Assembly: GCF_006345805.1 (NCBI RefSeq) | Contig: NC_043002.1 | Location: 97,278,001-97,342,000, forward strand | Direction of reading: 5' to 3' | DNA: 64,000 nt | From: Octopus sinensis | Lineage: Eukaryota | Part shown: piece by piece, positions 1-14,563 of the stretch | Position numbering within the stretch: the stretch's first letter is position 1 | Layout of the letters: every line of letters begins with the position of its first letter | Translations under genes and position numbers: made by a program | The notes under the pieces: model-generated | Database searches by the model: none | What the model was told of the DNA's origin: nothing | The model's input: only the letters and a program-made list of their open reading frames with translations

Positions 1-358
1 CGATATTTTGGGGGCGGGTCCAGTCGATTAGATCGACCCAGTGCGCAACTAGTACTTATTTAATCGACCCCGAAAGGATAAAAGGCAAAGTCGACCTCAG
101 TGGAATTTAAACTCAGAACGTAGCGACAGACGAAATACCTGTTTCTTTACTACACACAAGGGGCTAAACACAGCGAGGACAAACGGATTAAGACGATTAT
201 ATCGACCCCAGTGCGTAACTGGTACTTATTTAATCGACCCCGAAAGGATGAAAGGCAAAGTCGACCTCGGCGGAATTTGAACTCAGAACGTAACGGCAGA
301 CGAAATACCTCTAAGCATGTCGCCCGGCGTGCTAACGATTCTGCCAGCTTGCCGCCTT
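1..358 (-). mobile_element. SINE family A, dimeric (runs off the window start)
   Basis: Minus-strand head ggcggcaagctggcagaatcgttagcacgccgggc, B box gagttcaaattcc, core tttgcctttcatcctttcggggtcgat..taagtaccag; the unit is repeated. Confidence 0.88.
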
Positions 359-904
359 CCAACGACTACATAATTGTTCACACTATGATTACACAGCTGT
401 GCTTGTTATTATGAGATGCAGGCACAGCTGTGAGGTTAAGAACCTTCGTTCCGTAACCTGGTAGTTTCGTATTCAATCTCACCATGTGGTTATATACGCA
501 AGTGTATTCCTGGGTTTTGTATTCCAAATGCGTTGTGAATAAAATTTGGTAGAAGGAAGTTGTGTAGAAAAGCCTCGTGCATGTGTGTGTGTGTATACAT
601 AGGCATGTGTGTGTGTGTGTTTGTGTGTGTGTATTTATGTACATACAAGCAATTTTTAATGAGGTTGGACAAGTCGATTGCATCGACACCCGTATTTATT
701 TTACTGATAAAGGAACGAAAGGCGAAGTTAATCTCGGCAGGTTTTGAACGCATGACAGGAAGAGCCGAAAGATAGATTGAGGAGCATTTTGTCCGATATG
801 CTAACGATTCTTCCAGCTCGCAGCCTTCATTGCAATATTCAGATATTGGTTTCTAACTCTAACAGTCAGGTTTAACCTTTAGCATTCATATTCTTTTCTA
901 CTCT

Positions 905-1475
905 AGACACAAGGTCCGAAATTCTGGGGAATGGGGCCAGTCAATTAGATAGACCCCAGTATGCAACTTGTACTTAATTTATCGACCCCGAAAAGATGAA
1001 AGACAAAGACGACCTGCGCGGAATTTGAACTCAGAACGTAGCAGCAAACGAAATACCTATTTCTTTACTACCCACAACTGGCTAAAGACAGAGGGGACAA
1101 ACAAGGACAGACAAACGGATTAAGTCGATTATATCGACCCAATTCGTAACTAGTACTTATTTAATCGACCCCGAATGTATGAAAGGCAAAGTCGACCTTC
1201 GCGGAATTTGAATTCAGAACGTTGTGGCTGACGAAATACCTATTGCTTTACTACCCACAAGGGGCTAAACACAGAGGGGACAAACAAGGACAGACATAGG
1301 TATTAAGTTGATTACATCGACCCCAGTGCGTAACTGGTGCTTAATTTATCAACCCTGAAAGGATGAAAGGCAAAGTCGACCTCGGCGGGATTTGAACTCA
1401 GAACGTAACGGCAGATGAAATACGGCTACGCATTTCGCCCGGCGTGCTAACGTTTCTGCCAGCTCACCGCCCTTC
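905..1475 (-). mobile_element. SINE family A, trimeric
   Basis: One head and three ~184-bp units (gaaatac at ~1050, ~1233, ~1417). Confidence 0.88.
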
Positions 1476-2459
1476 TTTAGCATTCATATTAGACTGTCAA
1501 TTATAATGTTTATTTATTCACATTGTTTTGAATTAATCAAGCATTACCTTATAGCTTTGATATTTCGATGATATGATTGTGTATCTTTAGAACGACACTG
1601 TAGGATGGGTGTGAGAAGCCTGATCTACTTAGATTGAACATAAAACGGGTAGAACACTTGGGCCTGGTATGGCTGCTTTGAATGGGTAAGGATTAAATCT
1701 ACACCTATAAAAAAACAACTCTATTACTTACCATTTACAATCTAAAATCTAAAATGTCACCATAATTTCAATGCAAGTGATAGTGTGTTCTCTTGTTATA
1801 AAATTCAACACTCACTTTCTTGACTATTTCCAGTCAAACGTTAAACGCAAACGTTATAAAACTCACAAAAAAGTTTCTAAAATATTTAAACGAATAAGAA
1901 AACAATGGCGTTTTATAATATGTAAAAATAAACAGAATTTTAACTACGATGGAGTCTTATTAATAAAATATAACATCATTGGAAACGAATTATTGTTTTT
2001 GGAAAAAGACAAATTAAATCTATTTGTAGTGACAAAGTTTAAATATTTCAATATGTATGAAGTCTAAAAGGGGACGTTCGTTGTGAAGAGAGATGCATAA
2101 ATTAAACAGCTGTATTTTGTAATAGTAGTAGATGCTCACTAGATGTCGTATTTAGCAACCAAAAACAATTGACCGCCTACGTTTGATCACGAGGTTCTTG
2201 TTTCGATTCTGCTGAACAGGATCTTTGACAAGTAACTTTTATCCTAACTTCGAACTGACGTGATTGTGAGTCAAATTTGGAGGGGAAATTATACGGATCT
2301 TAGGCTTATATGCTTAGAGTGTTGATGCATCGCCTGATTTAATAACCCCACATGACATTTGATGCCTTCAGCAGAAGCAATTCTGCTTAAGTATTCTGGG
2401 GTATTCTGTTGTAAGTACTCTGATGTATTAATGTGTTCCTTTTTTTATTGTGGCAGTCC

Positions 2460-2849
2460 ATGTGGAGGCGCAATGGCCCAGTGGTTAGGGCAGCGGACTC
2501 GCGGTCGTAGGATCGCGGTTTCGATTCCCAGACCGGGCGTTGTGAGTGTTTATTGAGCAAAAACACCTAAAGCTCCACGAGGCTCCGGCAGGGATGGTGG
2601 TGATCCCTGCTGTACTCTTTCACCACAACTTTCTCTCTCACTCTTACTTCCTGTTTCTGTTGTACCTGTATTTCAAAGGGCCGGCCTTGTCACTCTCTGT
2701 GTCACGCTGAATATCCCCGAGAACTACGTTAAGGATACACGTGTCTGTGGAGTGCTCAGCCACTTACACGTTAATTTCACGAGCAGTCTGTTCCGTCGAT
2801 CGGATCAACCGGAACCCTCATCGTCGTAACCGACGGAGTGCTTCCACTC
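2460..2849 (+). mobile_element. SINE family C (tRNA-like head), full length, 13-bp TSD
   Basis: tggcccagtggttagg (A box) ... ggtttcgattccc (B box); TSD attgtggcagtcc at 2447-2459 and 2850-2862. Confidence 0.9.
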
Positions 2850-3344
2850 ATTGTGGCAGTCCGTGAGGTGTGATTTTGGCTCTCCATTGTAGTGTCTGAA
2901 TCCCTATAGAAAATCATTGGCGTTTACCTCCCTATCTGAGCTTCAGAAAAAAGATATGTATAAAATATGTAGATACATTAGACTCAATAGATTGGAAAAG
3001 ATTTCCTCGAAACCACCTCTGAAACTTTGCTGTTCAAACAATCAAAATATCAACATTTTGATCTGATGTTGTAACCACCCTATAAAATAACACTTCACTT
3101 AACGCATACTCTACAGAATCACCGCTAAACAATACAACACAAACCTGGCTCTAGACATATACAAATCAATTAGCACAACTCATATTCTTACATAATCGAT
3201 ACACAATATAATAACACCAACAACTCGCACAATTCACTTACAGCACAGCTGCAAAATATCAATAGAGTGTGACACAACAGATACTCTACACAGTCACCAA
3301 AAAATATTAAGAATACAGCAGCAATTACACAGCGCAAGTAATAT

Positions 3345-3860
3345 TCGTCGGAAATTGAGATGATCACCACCGAAAATGTGTACAAAGCGGTGACAGGAGC
3401 AAAGATTAACTATGGGAAGTCGGTGGGCCTGCAGCTCGACATGTAGAAAAACAGGTACATGCCACCCGTCAGTGTCGTGGCACGTTGGATGGAAGGACCG
3501 CTTAAATTACTTGGGATTTGGTTTGGTCCGGAACACCAGGTAAACAAGAGTTGTTGGGAGTTGACGAAAAGGGTGACCGGTCTCATGCAGAAATGGAGCG
3601 AGAGGAAGCTGTCCCAGGATTACTGGGTGAAGGTAGCGAATGCGCACATCGCCTCCGTCATCTACTACCACGTGATCGTCGTCCATTGCTCTGATGCGGT
3701 GCTGATCAAGCTGGAACGATTATGCTTCTGCTGTCTTTAGAAGGGACAGGACCCGCTTGTCGGACGGTCCATCTTCTGTCAGCAGCTGCTGCATGGAGGG
3801 CTGGAAACACCGTGGTTTATCTCGCAAAGGCATGCGCTGCAGATGAAATTGTACGGATCT
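3345..3860 (+). pseudogene. L1/Tx1-clade LINE ORF2 fragment (RT C-terminus/thumb)
   Basis: VYKAVTGAKINYGKSVGLQL..., EGPLKLLGIWFGP, QKWSERKLS, IASVIYY, KLERLCFCCL*KG...VGRSIFCQQLLHGGL match recalled YE.ATGAKIN..KS / KLLGVWFG / W..RKLS / GGL motifs; in-frame stops. Confidence 0.8.
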
Positions 3861-4260
3861 CATATATCTAGAGTGTTTATCCGTCTTTTGATTTAACACC
3901 ACCAGCTGACATTTGACGCCTACGGCAAAAGAAATTCTGTTGTATTCTGACTAAGATTCAAGTCTGAGAATAAACTGAGGTATCAACGTGTTGTTTTTTT
4001 ATTGTGACATCTCCAGCGATTCTTTAACTGCAAGCAGGTGTGGTGGTCGTTCATCCAACTACATTTTCAGCAACTCATCTCATTTACGAAGCTGCAGCCC
4101 TGGATCTGGCGTACACCGAAACTTGACACCTTGAGTGTTGCCAAACGCTCACAGTCCTCTACCAACCATTAGGGGCAAAAGACCAATGGAAGTTGTACCT
4201 CGAGATTTATAGATTAGTGGCGAGTAAAAACAATGACGGCAGTAGTAGTAGTAGTAGTAA

Positions 4261-4295
<35 letters not shown>

Positions 4296-4768
4296 TCAGG
4301 AACGGCGTCCTTCAACAGTCTGCTTGCTCATCTTGAACAAAATATCAATCGAAGTATCGAAAAGAAATCACATATACAAGAAAATGGTATTGAGTGTTAC
4401 CTCACAAAGAGTAAACCTACTGACTACTTGTATCTACACGAATGTGGTTTACAAATACCGAAATGTGGCATATAATAATTGGATCGAATTTGGGACAAAC
4501 GCTGATGGTGGGTTGGAATACACTGATGCCAGTATTCAACTAATACTTGTTTTATCAAAGAAAAGCAGAGTCGACATCGGTGGTATTTGAACTCAGAACG
4601 TAAAGAGCTGAAGGGAATGCTGCTAGATTTCGACCGGTGCGATAACGATTTTGCTCGCCAATTTTGGGGCATGTTACAATACATGCTTGCCCAGGCATAA
4701 CTTAGCGCTCTGCTGATTTTTCGAGCGAAAATAGGTAGACGCCTAACAAGCATTTCTCTTATTAAAAA

Positions 4769-5282
4769 CTAGCAGTATCGCCCGGCGTTGCTCGGGTTTG
4801 TAAGGGAAATAACTATATAAGCATTTTTAGAGAGTTACTTCCCTTATAGATGCCAATTCGGGCTTTCTTAGCCATTTCTGTTTTGGTGTCTTCAAGCCAT
4901 GAAGTCGTTGTTCTAAAAGAACACTGGTCTCCTTGACAACGCTTTACGACGTTGATTTCCTTACATTCCCTTCCCCACAGCTTCACGAGGGAGGGAAGAA
5001 GGGGGAGAAGCAAACAGGTGCAGGTGTGACCGTGGACGCCAACTCCGCCGCCATCGACACACGAAAAATTATGCATTAAAATGGAATAAAAAAATGATGT
5101 TAAATTATTTTTTAAATCGTAGACTCAGCGTAGACGCGCGCTAATACTCAGACGGGCTCGATATGAATCACGACTATAAGATACCCGAATTTGGTTAAAC
5201 TGCACTGCAAAATGTGGGAGTAGTTAGGAATCTAAATCGAAGGGGACAGACACTCACACAACTACAGTTTTATATATATAGA
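4769..5282 (-). mobile_element. Non-autonomous Helitron (subfamily 1, with extra ~200-bp GC-rich internal segment)
   Basis: Minus strand: A|TCTATATATAT 5' end, 3' hairpin cccgagcaacgccggg, 8 nt spacer, CTAG|T. No TSD, AT target. Confidence 0.85.
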
Positions 5283-6027
5283 TAACTTCTCAGGGACGCT
5301 GTGTCGGTTAGACTAAATCTTCTCAGCAACCGTTGATAAACGATTTTGCATTCAGTTGGTACAACCTTAATGTCGCATGAAAAAACCACATATTCAAATT
5401 GTACGATACTCATTTTAAAGAAAGGAACACTAGAACGATGAGGGTCAGAATTATCGAAGACGAACCAGTTGTTCTATGGTGCAGTGGTTGATCAAAATGA
5501 GACAATGATAACCTAACTCTTGCTTCTTGCTATCGCTGTAGTCTTGGAATATGAAAGGCATAAACCTCGTTATTAAAACATCGCAGAGCAAATATATGTA
5601 GACCTATTAAATTGAACATCTGTAATCTCTATCTATTGTTGATGGTTTCACCTGCAAAAACGAAATATCGGACACATACAATAAGACTGAACATCAACTG
5701 TCGACTAAGATATGTAGCACCATCGAAATTTAGTTAGAGGAGATAGCTCAAATTATTAAAGAAACATACAATGTACATTGCAACTAATATACTGAAAAGA
5801 ACACTACTTCAAAATATGACCAACTTAGATACACGCGAAAGTTTAATCAAGATACTCAGTGTTGATATCATATAAGACATAGATATTGGAGACGAGGGAA
5901 ATGGATAAGTGAAACCGTGAGAGCTTGTAAGTCCAGAGGCGATACATCAATGAGAAGTACATATTCTCTTCTTAAATCATTTTTAGATTGCGCATTTGTG
6001 TATGCCATTGTGTACATACACACACAC

Positions 6028-6127
<100 letters not shown>

Positions 6128-6700
6128 TATATATTATATATATATATATATATGTACACGCAGATGTATGTATATAGACACATATACGAGGGCGGGATAT
6201 ACGAGTGTCTGGAAAAAAATATATGTATATATGTGTGTTCTTAAGTATTATTTCTAAATTATCCGTTTACCTTTGTTTAACCAAACGGCTTAATACGCAA
6301 CATAAGCAAATATCGAGTTATACTAGATGTGTACTACAAGCAAATATTTCATATCTACTTTATATGCACAGTAAACAACGTCAAATGCATAATTCATACC
6401 TACATAATTATTGAATCTAAAAGTGACTAGCGGTGGTCATGTGTGAAAAGGTCAAATACAACTATTCAGTACACACACATACACACACATGCGTGTGTGT
6501 GTGTGTGTGTGTGTGAGTATATATATATATATATCGGTACAACGAAATCGCATTAAATTATAATCGCCATCCGGTGTGTGTACATTCTGATATGATGCAC
6601 AAATGCCAATATAAATATATAGAGAATTGACGCACACAGACACATGTTGGGTGAATGTATGTATATATGTATATATGTGTGTGTGTATACACAATCACAC

Positions 6701-6789
<89 letters not shown>

Positions 6790-8829
6790 CAGACAGGCAG
6801 ATATATAGAAAATAACTAAAACTATCAGTTCCGTTACAAGAATAATAGATTTGGGAAAGTTTCTTATTTCCGCTGCTGCTAAAGTCTGACTCCGTTAACA
6901 AATCAAATAGGCATCGGTTCCTAATTATTACGGATAAGTTATACACCAACTCTAAAAATGATTTAAAATAGACAAGGAAGAGCACTTGGAAAACCTACTA
7001 GAAATTATGCTTTGTAAATTCTAAGAATAGGTTTAAGTAAATTTTATTGTATCTAGGAAGAGTCGTTCTCTTTTAGTGCCTTATTAATTTAACACACTGA
7101 CCGGTTTCCACTTCTTGGCTTATTTATTTTTGCTAAAATTTTCGTTTGCGATTGCAACATTTTCAATAGTCTTTGACTCTTAGTAAAGACTCTTTAAACA
7201 AATATGATACTAAAAATATTAAGTTTGATTTAAAAACAATGACATCTAAGCATGAAAGACACCCACACATACACACGGACACTTCAAAGTAGGGTGTGAG
7301 TTTAAGAGGCTCAATTTGTAAGCATGTAGTTTCGAGTTCGGTCCCATTATGCGGCGCTCTGGACAAGAGCCGAGTACTATATCCTGAGGATGACCAATAC
7401 TTTATAAGTGAATTTTATAGCGGGAAACTATGGAAGCTTTCGTGTGTGCATGTGTGAGTGTGCGTGTCTATGTTTTCATTTGACCCATTACATCGCTTGA
7501 CAGTGGTGTTGGTTTCTTAAAAAATTATAAATACTAGGGTCGATTTGTTCGACTGAATACTTTATAACGGTATCCCAGCATGGCCGCAGTCTAAGGACTG
7601 AAACAAGTAGCAAAAATTAATCATAAAAGCTAACAGCGTGCAGAACACACTAAACATCTTGGTCATTAGTTTGTGCATTTGTATAATAAACAGAAAGTGG
7701 TCGAAATGGTCTGCATGTGCAAGCCGAAAAGCTACTTACGACATTGCAAAAAGTTGAAAATATTTGATAAACATTCGCTCAGAGAGGATTGCAACTGACA
7801 GCAATAGAGAACTATTATAAAACCATTAGAAAAATATTCAGAAGGAAGTATGAGTGACCGGATTAATAGAGAAGACAAAGAAATGGAACTACTTTTCTCT
7901 CTGCAGAGGGAAGCAATATAAGTCAAACGAGCAATAAATGTACAAAACTGACTTCCGCTTAAGACAAACCAACAGAAAATGGAAACATAAACCAGTAAAA
8001 AAACTATACAAAAGAGTGTCATCTGTGCGCCACACTTAATGCAAATACATCAGGAGAAAGCAAATTTATTGCGGTATTTTTCCAGAGATAATATCTCTTA
8101 TGGACTTAAGGTAGTGAACTGGCAGGATTGTTAGCACGCCGGGTAAAGTACATAGTGGCTTTTACGTTCTGAGTTCAAATTCCGCCATGGCCGGGCGTTG
8201 CCTTTCATCCTTTTGGTGTCGATACAATAAGTACCAGCTGAGCACAGGGGTCGATGTAATCGATTTACTTTCACCCCTAAATTGTTGGCATTGTGCCAAA
8301 ATTTAAACCCATATCTTTTCTGGACTTATGTTTAAAATTCAGTCGGCCAATTGCAACGTCAATGATTGAACAATCACCGGAGATGCAAATTAGCTGAAGC
8401 AGCAGATTTCATCTAAGCCGGCAGTTAGCAGGGAATACATACAACAAACAAAAGTTAAAAAGACTCAAAAGCTCATTTACTCTTCTCCCTGGTGCTACTG
8501 GGATTTTTGTACGCTACTGATATATTTTAAGTTTTTGAAAACAGCACGTCCATAAGAGATATTATCTCCAGACAAATACCAAAGTAATTATGTTTTATCG
8601 CGATTTATTGTAGATCACTGTTTTAATTTGATATTGCTTTTGTTATATATAATGGGTACCGAAGATGAATTAATATACTTGAAACAGCATTACATTAAAT
8701 CACCGGTGTGTATAAAATTTATAATGTACATACAAAAGTGGAACAGAATATTTTGTCTCAGAGGAACTTCTCAAAGAGACTTACATATTAAAGAAACACA
8801 TGACTTCGTTCAGAACGCCGGTAGATAAT

Positions 8830-9300
8830 ATGAAAGCATAAACACACAAAAGAGCAAATATATTGAGACAAAAATCATTTTAGCATCCTACAAAAGTAAA
8901 CAGAGATAAAGTGAGTCGATATTAAAGCAAACAATAGCAGAAAATCTGTAGACGTAAGGTAAGAAAGGAATGTCTGATTTTTAACAGTACACGATCAATG
9001 GCAACTCACAGACATCTAGCAAAATAACGAATTGAACAAGATGCTAATATCAACGGTAGACCAAGCAATCAATAAAAAGAAACAATGGACCAACTATCTC
9101 AAAGACAGAACAGATCCACATTCATGGCTATATGATAATATACATAGACACCCACAACATAACTGAAAATGGCTTAAGCATGCTAGAAATCAGGTCTGTA
9201 ACTATAAAAGTACATCTCCCAAATTTCCCAAGCGATTCTCGTTTATCTCATACACCAACATACAGGTGCATCTCGCTCCGGATTTTGTCTCTTCAATCAG
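8830..9300 (+). pseudogene. Very degraded A-rich LINE-like remnant
   Basis: QWTNYLKDRTDPHSWLYDNIHRHPQH resembles a recalled octopus LINE C-terminus; A-rich strand bias. Confidence 0.3.
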
Positions 9301-9714
9301 CTGAGCTGTATCCAACATCAGACCAAATATTGGTTTCAAATTTTGGAACAAAGTCGGCAATTTCGGGAGAGTAGGGTAAGTCGATTACATCGACCCCTCT
9401 GCTCAACTGGTAAGTTATTAAACCAACCCCAGAAGGATTAAAGGCAACGTCAACATGTGCAGAATTTGAACTCAGAACGTATATAGCATAATGTATGTGT
9501 GTCGATGGTAAGCCAGAAGCTGCAATGTTCGTCCAGGAAAAATTCCTATTATAGACGCAGGGATTTAAAAAACAGAATGTACTTTAGAGCTAGGCGAAAC
9601 AGAATCACCTCGGATGTGACTGTGAGAACAGCAGGTGTAAACATTTCATTCACAAAAGCAGATGTACATAGCATTCACAAGCCACCGTATTGGGGCTTGT
9701 GTATGCTATGTATG

Positions 9715-10030
9715 CTATAGCCTCGGGTCAACCAAAGCCTTGTGAGTGGATTTGGTAGACGGAAACTGAAAGAAGCCCGTCGTATATATGTATATATATA
9801 TATATTTATGTGTGTGCGTGTATGTTTGTGTGTCTGTGTTTGTCCCCCTAGCATTGTTTGACAACTTTATGTCCCTGTCACTTAGCGGTTCAGCAAAAAA
9901 GACTGATAGAATAAGTACTGGGCTTACAAAGAATAAGTCCCGGGGTCGAGTTGCTCGACTAAAGGCGGTGCTCCAGCATGGCCGCAGTCAACTGAATGAA
10001 ACAAGTAAAAGAGTAAATGAGAGAGTAACT
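9715..10030 (+). mobile_element. SINE family B, 5'-truncated (other partial or old copies near 417-640, 7275-7612, 13550-13830, 37340-37735, 48635-48900, 51165-51360, 59830-60010, 61200-61400)
   Basis: Shared blocks gtgagtggatttggtagacggaaactgaaagaagcc and ggggtcga..tgctcgactaaaggcggtgctccagcatggcc. Confidence 0.8.
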
Positions 10031-10444
10031 AAATACTAATAGTTTTACATTAATTCTGCCAAAGCTGTTTGTTCTTTATTCTTTTATTTCAGTTTTTTTT
10101 AGAGTATGGCCATGCTGGAACATCATATCCAAAGAATTTTGATCAATTATAATGACTTCAATAATGAAGGTATTCTTAACATAATTCAGCATAGTATTCT
10201 TGTTTGAAACGAGATCAAATTTGCCAGACCGAATTCAATAGAGATAGTGTATAAATAAAACGCTGGCTTCCGTTGTCGTAGTTTAGTTTGAATAAACTTC
10301 GGATTATATACTTCACAATTGTTTGACAGAATTTATCATAGTATCTATGACAATATATTTGAGACAAAATCATTCTTGATAATATTCGGTTAATATTTGT
10401 TATGGCGGCGATCTAGCAGATTCGTTAACATGCTGGGAAAAATA

Positions 10445-10842
10445 TCTTTATACATAAAAGTGAAGTTGTGTGTCTGTCTCCTATGATTTAGATTCATAAC
10501 TACTCCCACATTTTGCTGTGCAGTTAAACCAAAAGCGGGTATCTTATAGTCGTGATTCATATCGAACCCTTCTGGGTATTAGCGCGCGTCTACGATGAGT
10601 CTACGATTTTTAAAATAATTTACCATCATGTTTTCCATGTTAATGCATTTTTTCGCCATTATATAAGGGAAGTAACTCTCTAAAAATGTCTACGATGAGT
10701 CAACGATTTTAAAACAAAATTTACCATCATTTTTTTTCCATTTTTAATGAATGTTTTTGCTATTTTTTGGCTATAACTCTCTAAAAATGCATATATAGTT
10801 ATTTCCTTTACAAACCCGAGCAACGCCGGGCGATACTGCTAG
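10445..10842 (+). mobile_element. Non-autonomous Helitron (subfamily 1, internal tandem duplication)
   Basis: A|TCTTTATAC start, cccgagcaacgccgggcgatactgCTAG|T end; body homologous to 4769-5282. Confidence 0.85.
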
Positions 10843-11445
10843 TATATATATATATTAGAGTTTTATTACGAGAAGATGTAATGAACAGACTTTATAACTT
10901 TATATATAATAAGTCACTACAATTGTTTCGATACATCAATATCAGCTGGTAATTGCTGAATGTTACATATATTATACAAATTATTGCATTAATATGATAC
11001 AACAGTAGCTGTATAGATGCGCGTCTACGAAAATCACTGAAGACGTGCATGTATAGCTCTATTGTTAGATTAATGTGTATAATGTATAATATATGTATAA
11101 TGTATAATATATCGAACATTCAGGAATAACCTACTGATACTAATGCGCCGAAACAATTGTAGTGATTTGTAACAAAACCTGTTCGTTCACTCCCTCCTCC
11201 CTTATCAAGATTCTTTTGTTTTGCATCTGCGTATGCTCGCGGATTTACACATGCGTATCTAGTAAAAAGGAGAAGTTCCACTGCACGATAGAAATTGGTA
11301 GCCATACACGAAGGTCATTACGCAATTAATATTATATAGCGAGATAGATAGATATGCACAAATATACTTACTACCTACCTACCAGCATATATATATATAT
11401 ATATATATGCATGTAGGTATAACTATACATGTATATATATATATA

Positions 11446-11512
<67 letters not shown>

Positions 11513-11580
11513 GTGTATATATATATATATGTATATATATATATGTGTATATATATATATATAGTGTATATATATATATA

Positions 11581-11613
<33 letters not shown>

Positions 11614-11646
11614 GTGTATATATATATATATTATATGTGTATATAT

Positions 11647-11980
<334 letters not shown>

Positions 11981-12033
11981 ATGAATATCTAGCTATATAC
12001 ATGCAAATGTAAATAAGTATTTATATAATCTCT

Positions 12034-12117
<84 letters not shown>

Positions 12118-12848
12118 ACGAACGCACATAATGCATATACATTAGTGTATATGTTGGGAATGCCTTCATACAGCCTTGAATTTCCCTTAATGGTATTTAT
12201 ATCTCTAAAAAAAATCCAATAGCGCATTTTCATTTTGAGATAAAAAAATTATAAATAAATAATTAGAAATTTGTCCTTTCGAAGCAACACTCTTTCTTAA
12301 AAGGTCGTGTTACATTTTCAATTGTACTTCCTTATTCATGTGATCTTGTATTTTACTTTTTCTATTTCATTGAATTTCTGAATCATTAACCTTACGTGAA
12401 ATATCTCCGCGATACAACCGACAAGGAAGCAGCCATTTGATTCGTGTACTTTTAGCAAGCGAACATTCAAATCTGGCAAGGTATGACCTTTGGAAACCAT
12501 TTGAGTATTCCTGCAATAGAATTACTTCACACACATTTTCTAATTATCTCTATCTTGGAAACAAATTTCTTAAAGTGATTAGTGCGGTGATTTGAACTGA
12601 TCCTATTATATTGCTAACAACATAATCCATTGATCTCCGTGGATGCAACACTTTTGTATCCGCTGGATTTGAAATCGAGATTTTGACGTCTGAATGTCGG
12701 GAACGGAGAACTTATATTTTGAGATCTGCATCTTTGAAGATATTTCGTCAATTTTAAATTCTGAATTTTTTTCATAAAGTAAAACTATACACAAAGCTAT
12801 CAGTGGTTAAGAATATAGACATGGCCAAGATCCACGTTTATATATAAA

Positions 12849-13232
12849 CTAGCAGTATCACCCGGCGTTGCTCGGGTTTGTTTCGATCCTTTAGAATTGG
12901 AACTCTTGAAAAGTAAAAATTTTGCATTATGTAGCTTGTTATTCTCTTTACGTGAACATTTTTCTGGTTGAAATACACCGAAAATGGTTACCCAGCAGCG
13001 AAAAAATCGGGATTTTCATAGAAAAAAAAGCACCATTTTTATGTAAATAATTTTTGGTATTAACATGGTCCGATTTGAATTTTATCTTCTACGGAAGGAA
13101 GAGCAAGCCTTCCTCTATCATACTCTCAATTTCGGTCAACTTGCGCCGCAGGGTCTCGGAGGAGATAGTGTTAGTTGAAGGCTACCAAACCTGTCATACA
13201 CAGACAACTTCAGCTTCATATATATAGAGAGA
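12849..13232 (-). mobile_element. Non-autonomous Helitron (subfamily 2: same 3' terminus, different body)
   Basis: Minus strand: A|TCTCTATATATA start and cccgagcaacgccgggtgatactgCTAG|T end; interior unrelated to subfamily 1. Confidence 0.8.
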
Positions 13233-14421
13233 TATGTATGTACGCCTGCATGTTGAGTTGTGCATTATGCATAAGTATTGCATGCAGTTTATATCGGCGA
13301 ATATTTATTCATTTTCATGACGTATGTCACGCTATTTCTGATTGAAGACTACGTTAAATATGCAAGTGTCTGTCGAATATTGAGCTACTTAAATAACAAT
13401 TTAATACATAGGTTGTTCTATTGATCGGAAACCTAGAACAGTCATTATGGAAAACAAAGCACCTTTCATTAATATACAAACAAATACCTCAAGCAGTCAA
13501 CCATGATGTTATGTACGCGAATTAAATAATGATTGCGCAATATTATTACATCCTTTATCTTTTACTTGTTCCAGTTGGTGGGCCGCAACCATGCTGGAGG
13601 GCCAGCATGAAGGGGTTTGTAGTCTAAGAAATCGACACCATAACGTCTTTTTTTAAAGTCTGCTATCATTCTATTGGTCATTTTTGCCGAACTGTTTGGT
13701 TATGAGGACGTAAATAAACACACACTCTGGTTGTCAAGCAATGGTGATTAGATAAACACAGACAGGAAAATACACACACATACACTCTCACTCACTAACA
13801 CAGACACACACACAAACATACACACACGCATATATATAAAATTAGTGTACATTTAAACACAAATAGAGATGTACCTTAACAGGTCACCCTACATGATAGA
13901 AAGAACAGTCAAAAGTCCAAACCACAGTTAACAATTTCGAAGGGAATGAAAAATAGAAACATTTACCGTTTTACATCCGGACCTTAGGTATCGAACTTTA
14001 ATTAGCAAATAAAATAATTTTCAAGGCAAAGTTCTCATCAGTGTGTACGCCAAACATTAACATATAAATTAGAGACAAAATAACACATGTCTCAGCCTTA
14101 TATATTAGAATTTTTCAAATCCACCGCGCAAGCGCCGTTTCAGTCGGTAGTGATTAAAGATTTCCAGCTAAACTTCAAAAATTACTAAAATCAGTTCTTA
14201 AAATTAATATAGCGTAGGAAAAATTATAGAAATTCTTTCTACCAGTGGCCTAGCATGTATAGAAATTCAATAGACATATTTTTCATATAAAATTACTGTA
14301 CATTTAAACACAAAAAGAGGTAAGCCTTAACAGTTCATCTTACATGCTAGAAGTAACAGTCAAAAGTTCAAACCACAGTTAAGAGCAATTTCGAAGGGAA
14401 TGAAGAATAAAAACATTTACC

Positions 14422-14495
<74 letters not shown>

Positions 14496-14531
14496 TAGAG
14501 AGAGAGATCCCCCTGTTGGTATGTATATGTA

Positions 14532-14563
<32 letters not shown>

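Noticed and set aside
905-1475. SINE-A multimer as a hammerhead retrozyme
   Set aside because: No CUGANGA core on either strand of the unit; the Pol III boxes explain it as a SINE.
2460-2540. tRNA genes (A/B-box sequences here and in SINE A and B heads)
   Set aside because: No complete cloverleaf; each continues into a shared SINE body with a tail, and in family C with TSDs.
6185-6215. tacgagggcg mariner-TIR-like start
   Set aside because: No matching second terminus or transposase sequence nearby.
7130-7170. Hammerhead in the 7075-7170 repeat
   Set aside because: Minus strand has GAAA but only ttgaaaat instead of CUGANGA; too degenerate.
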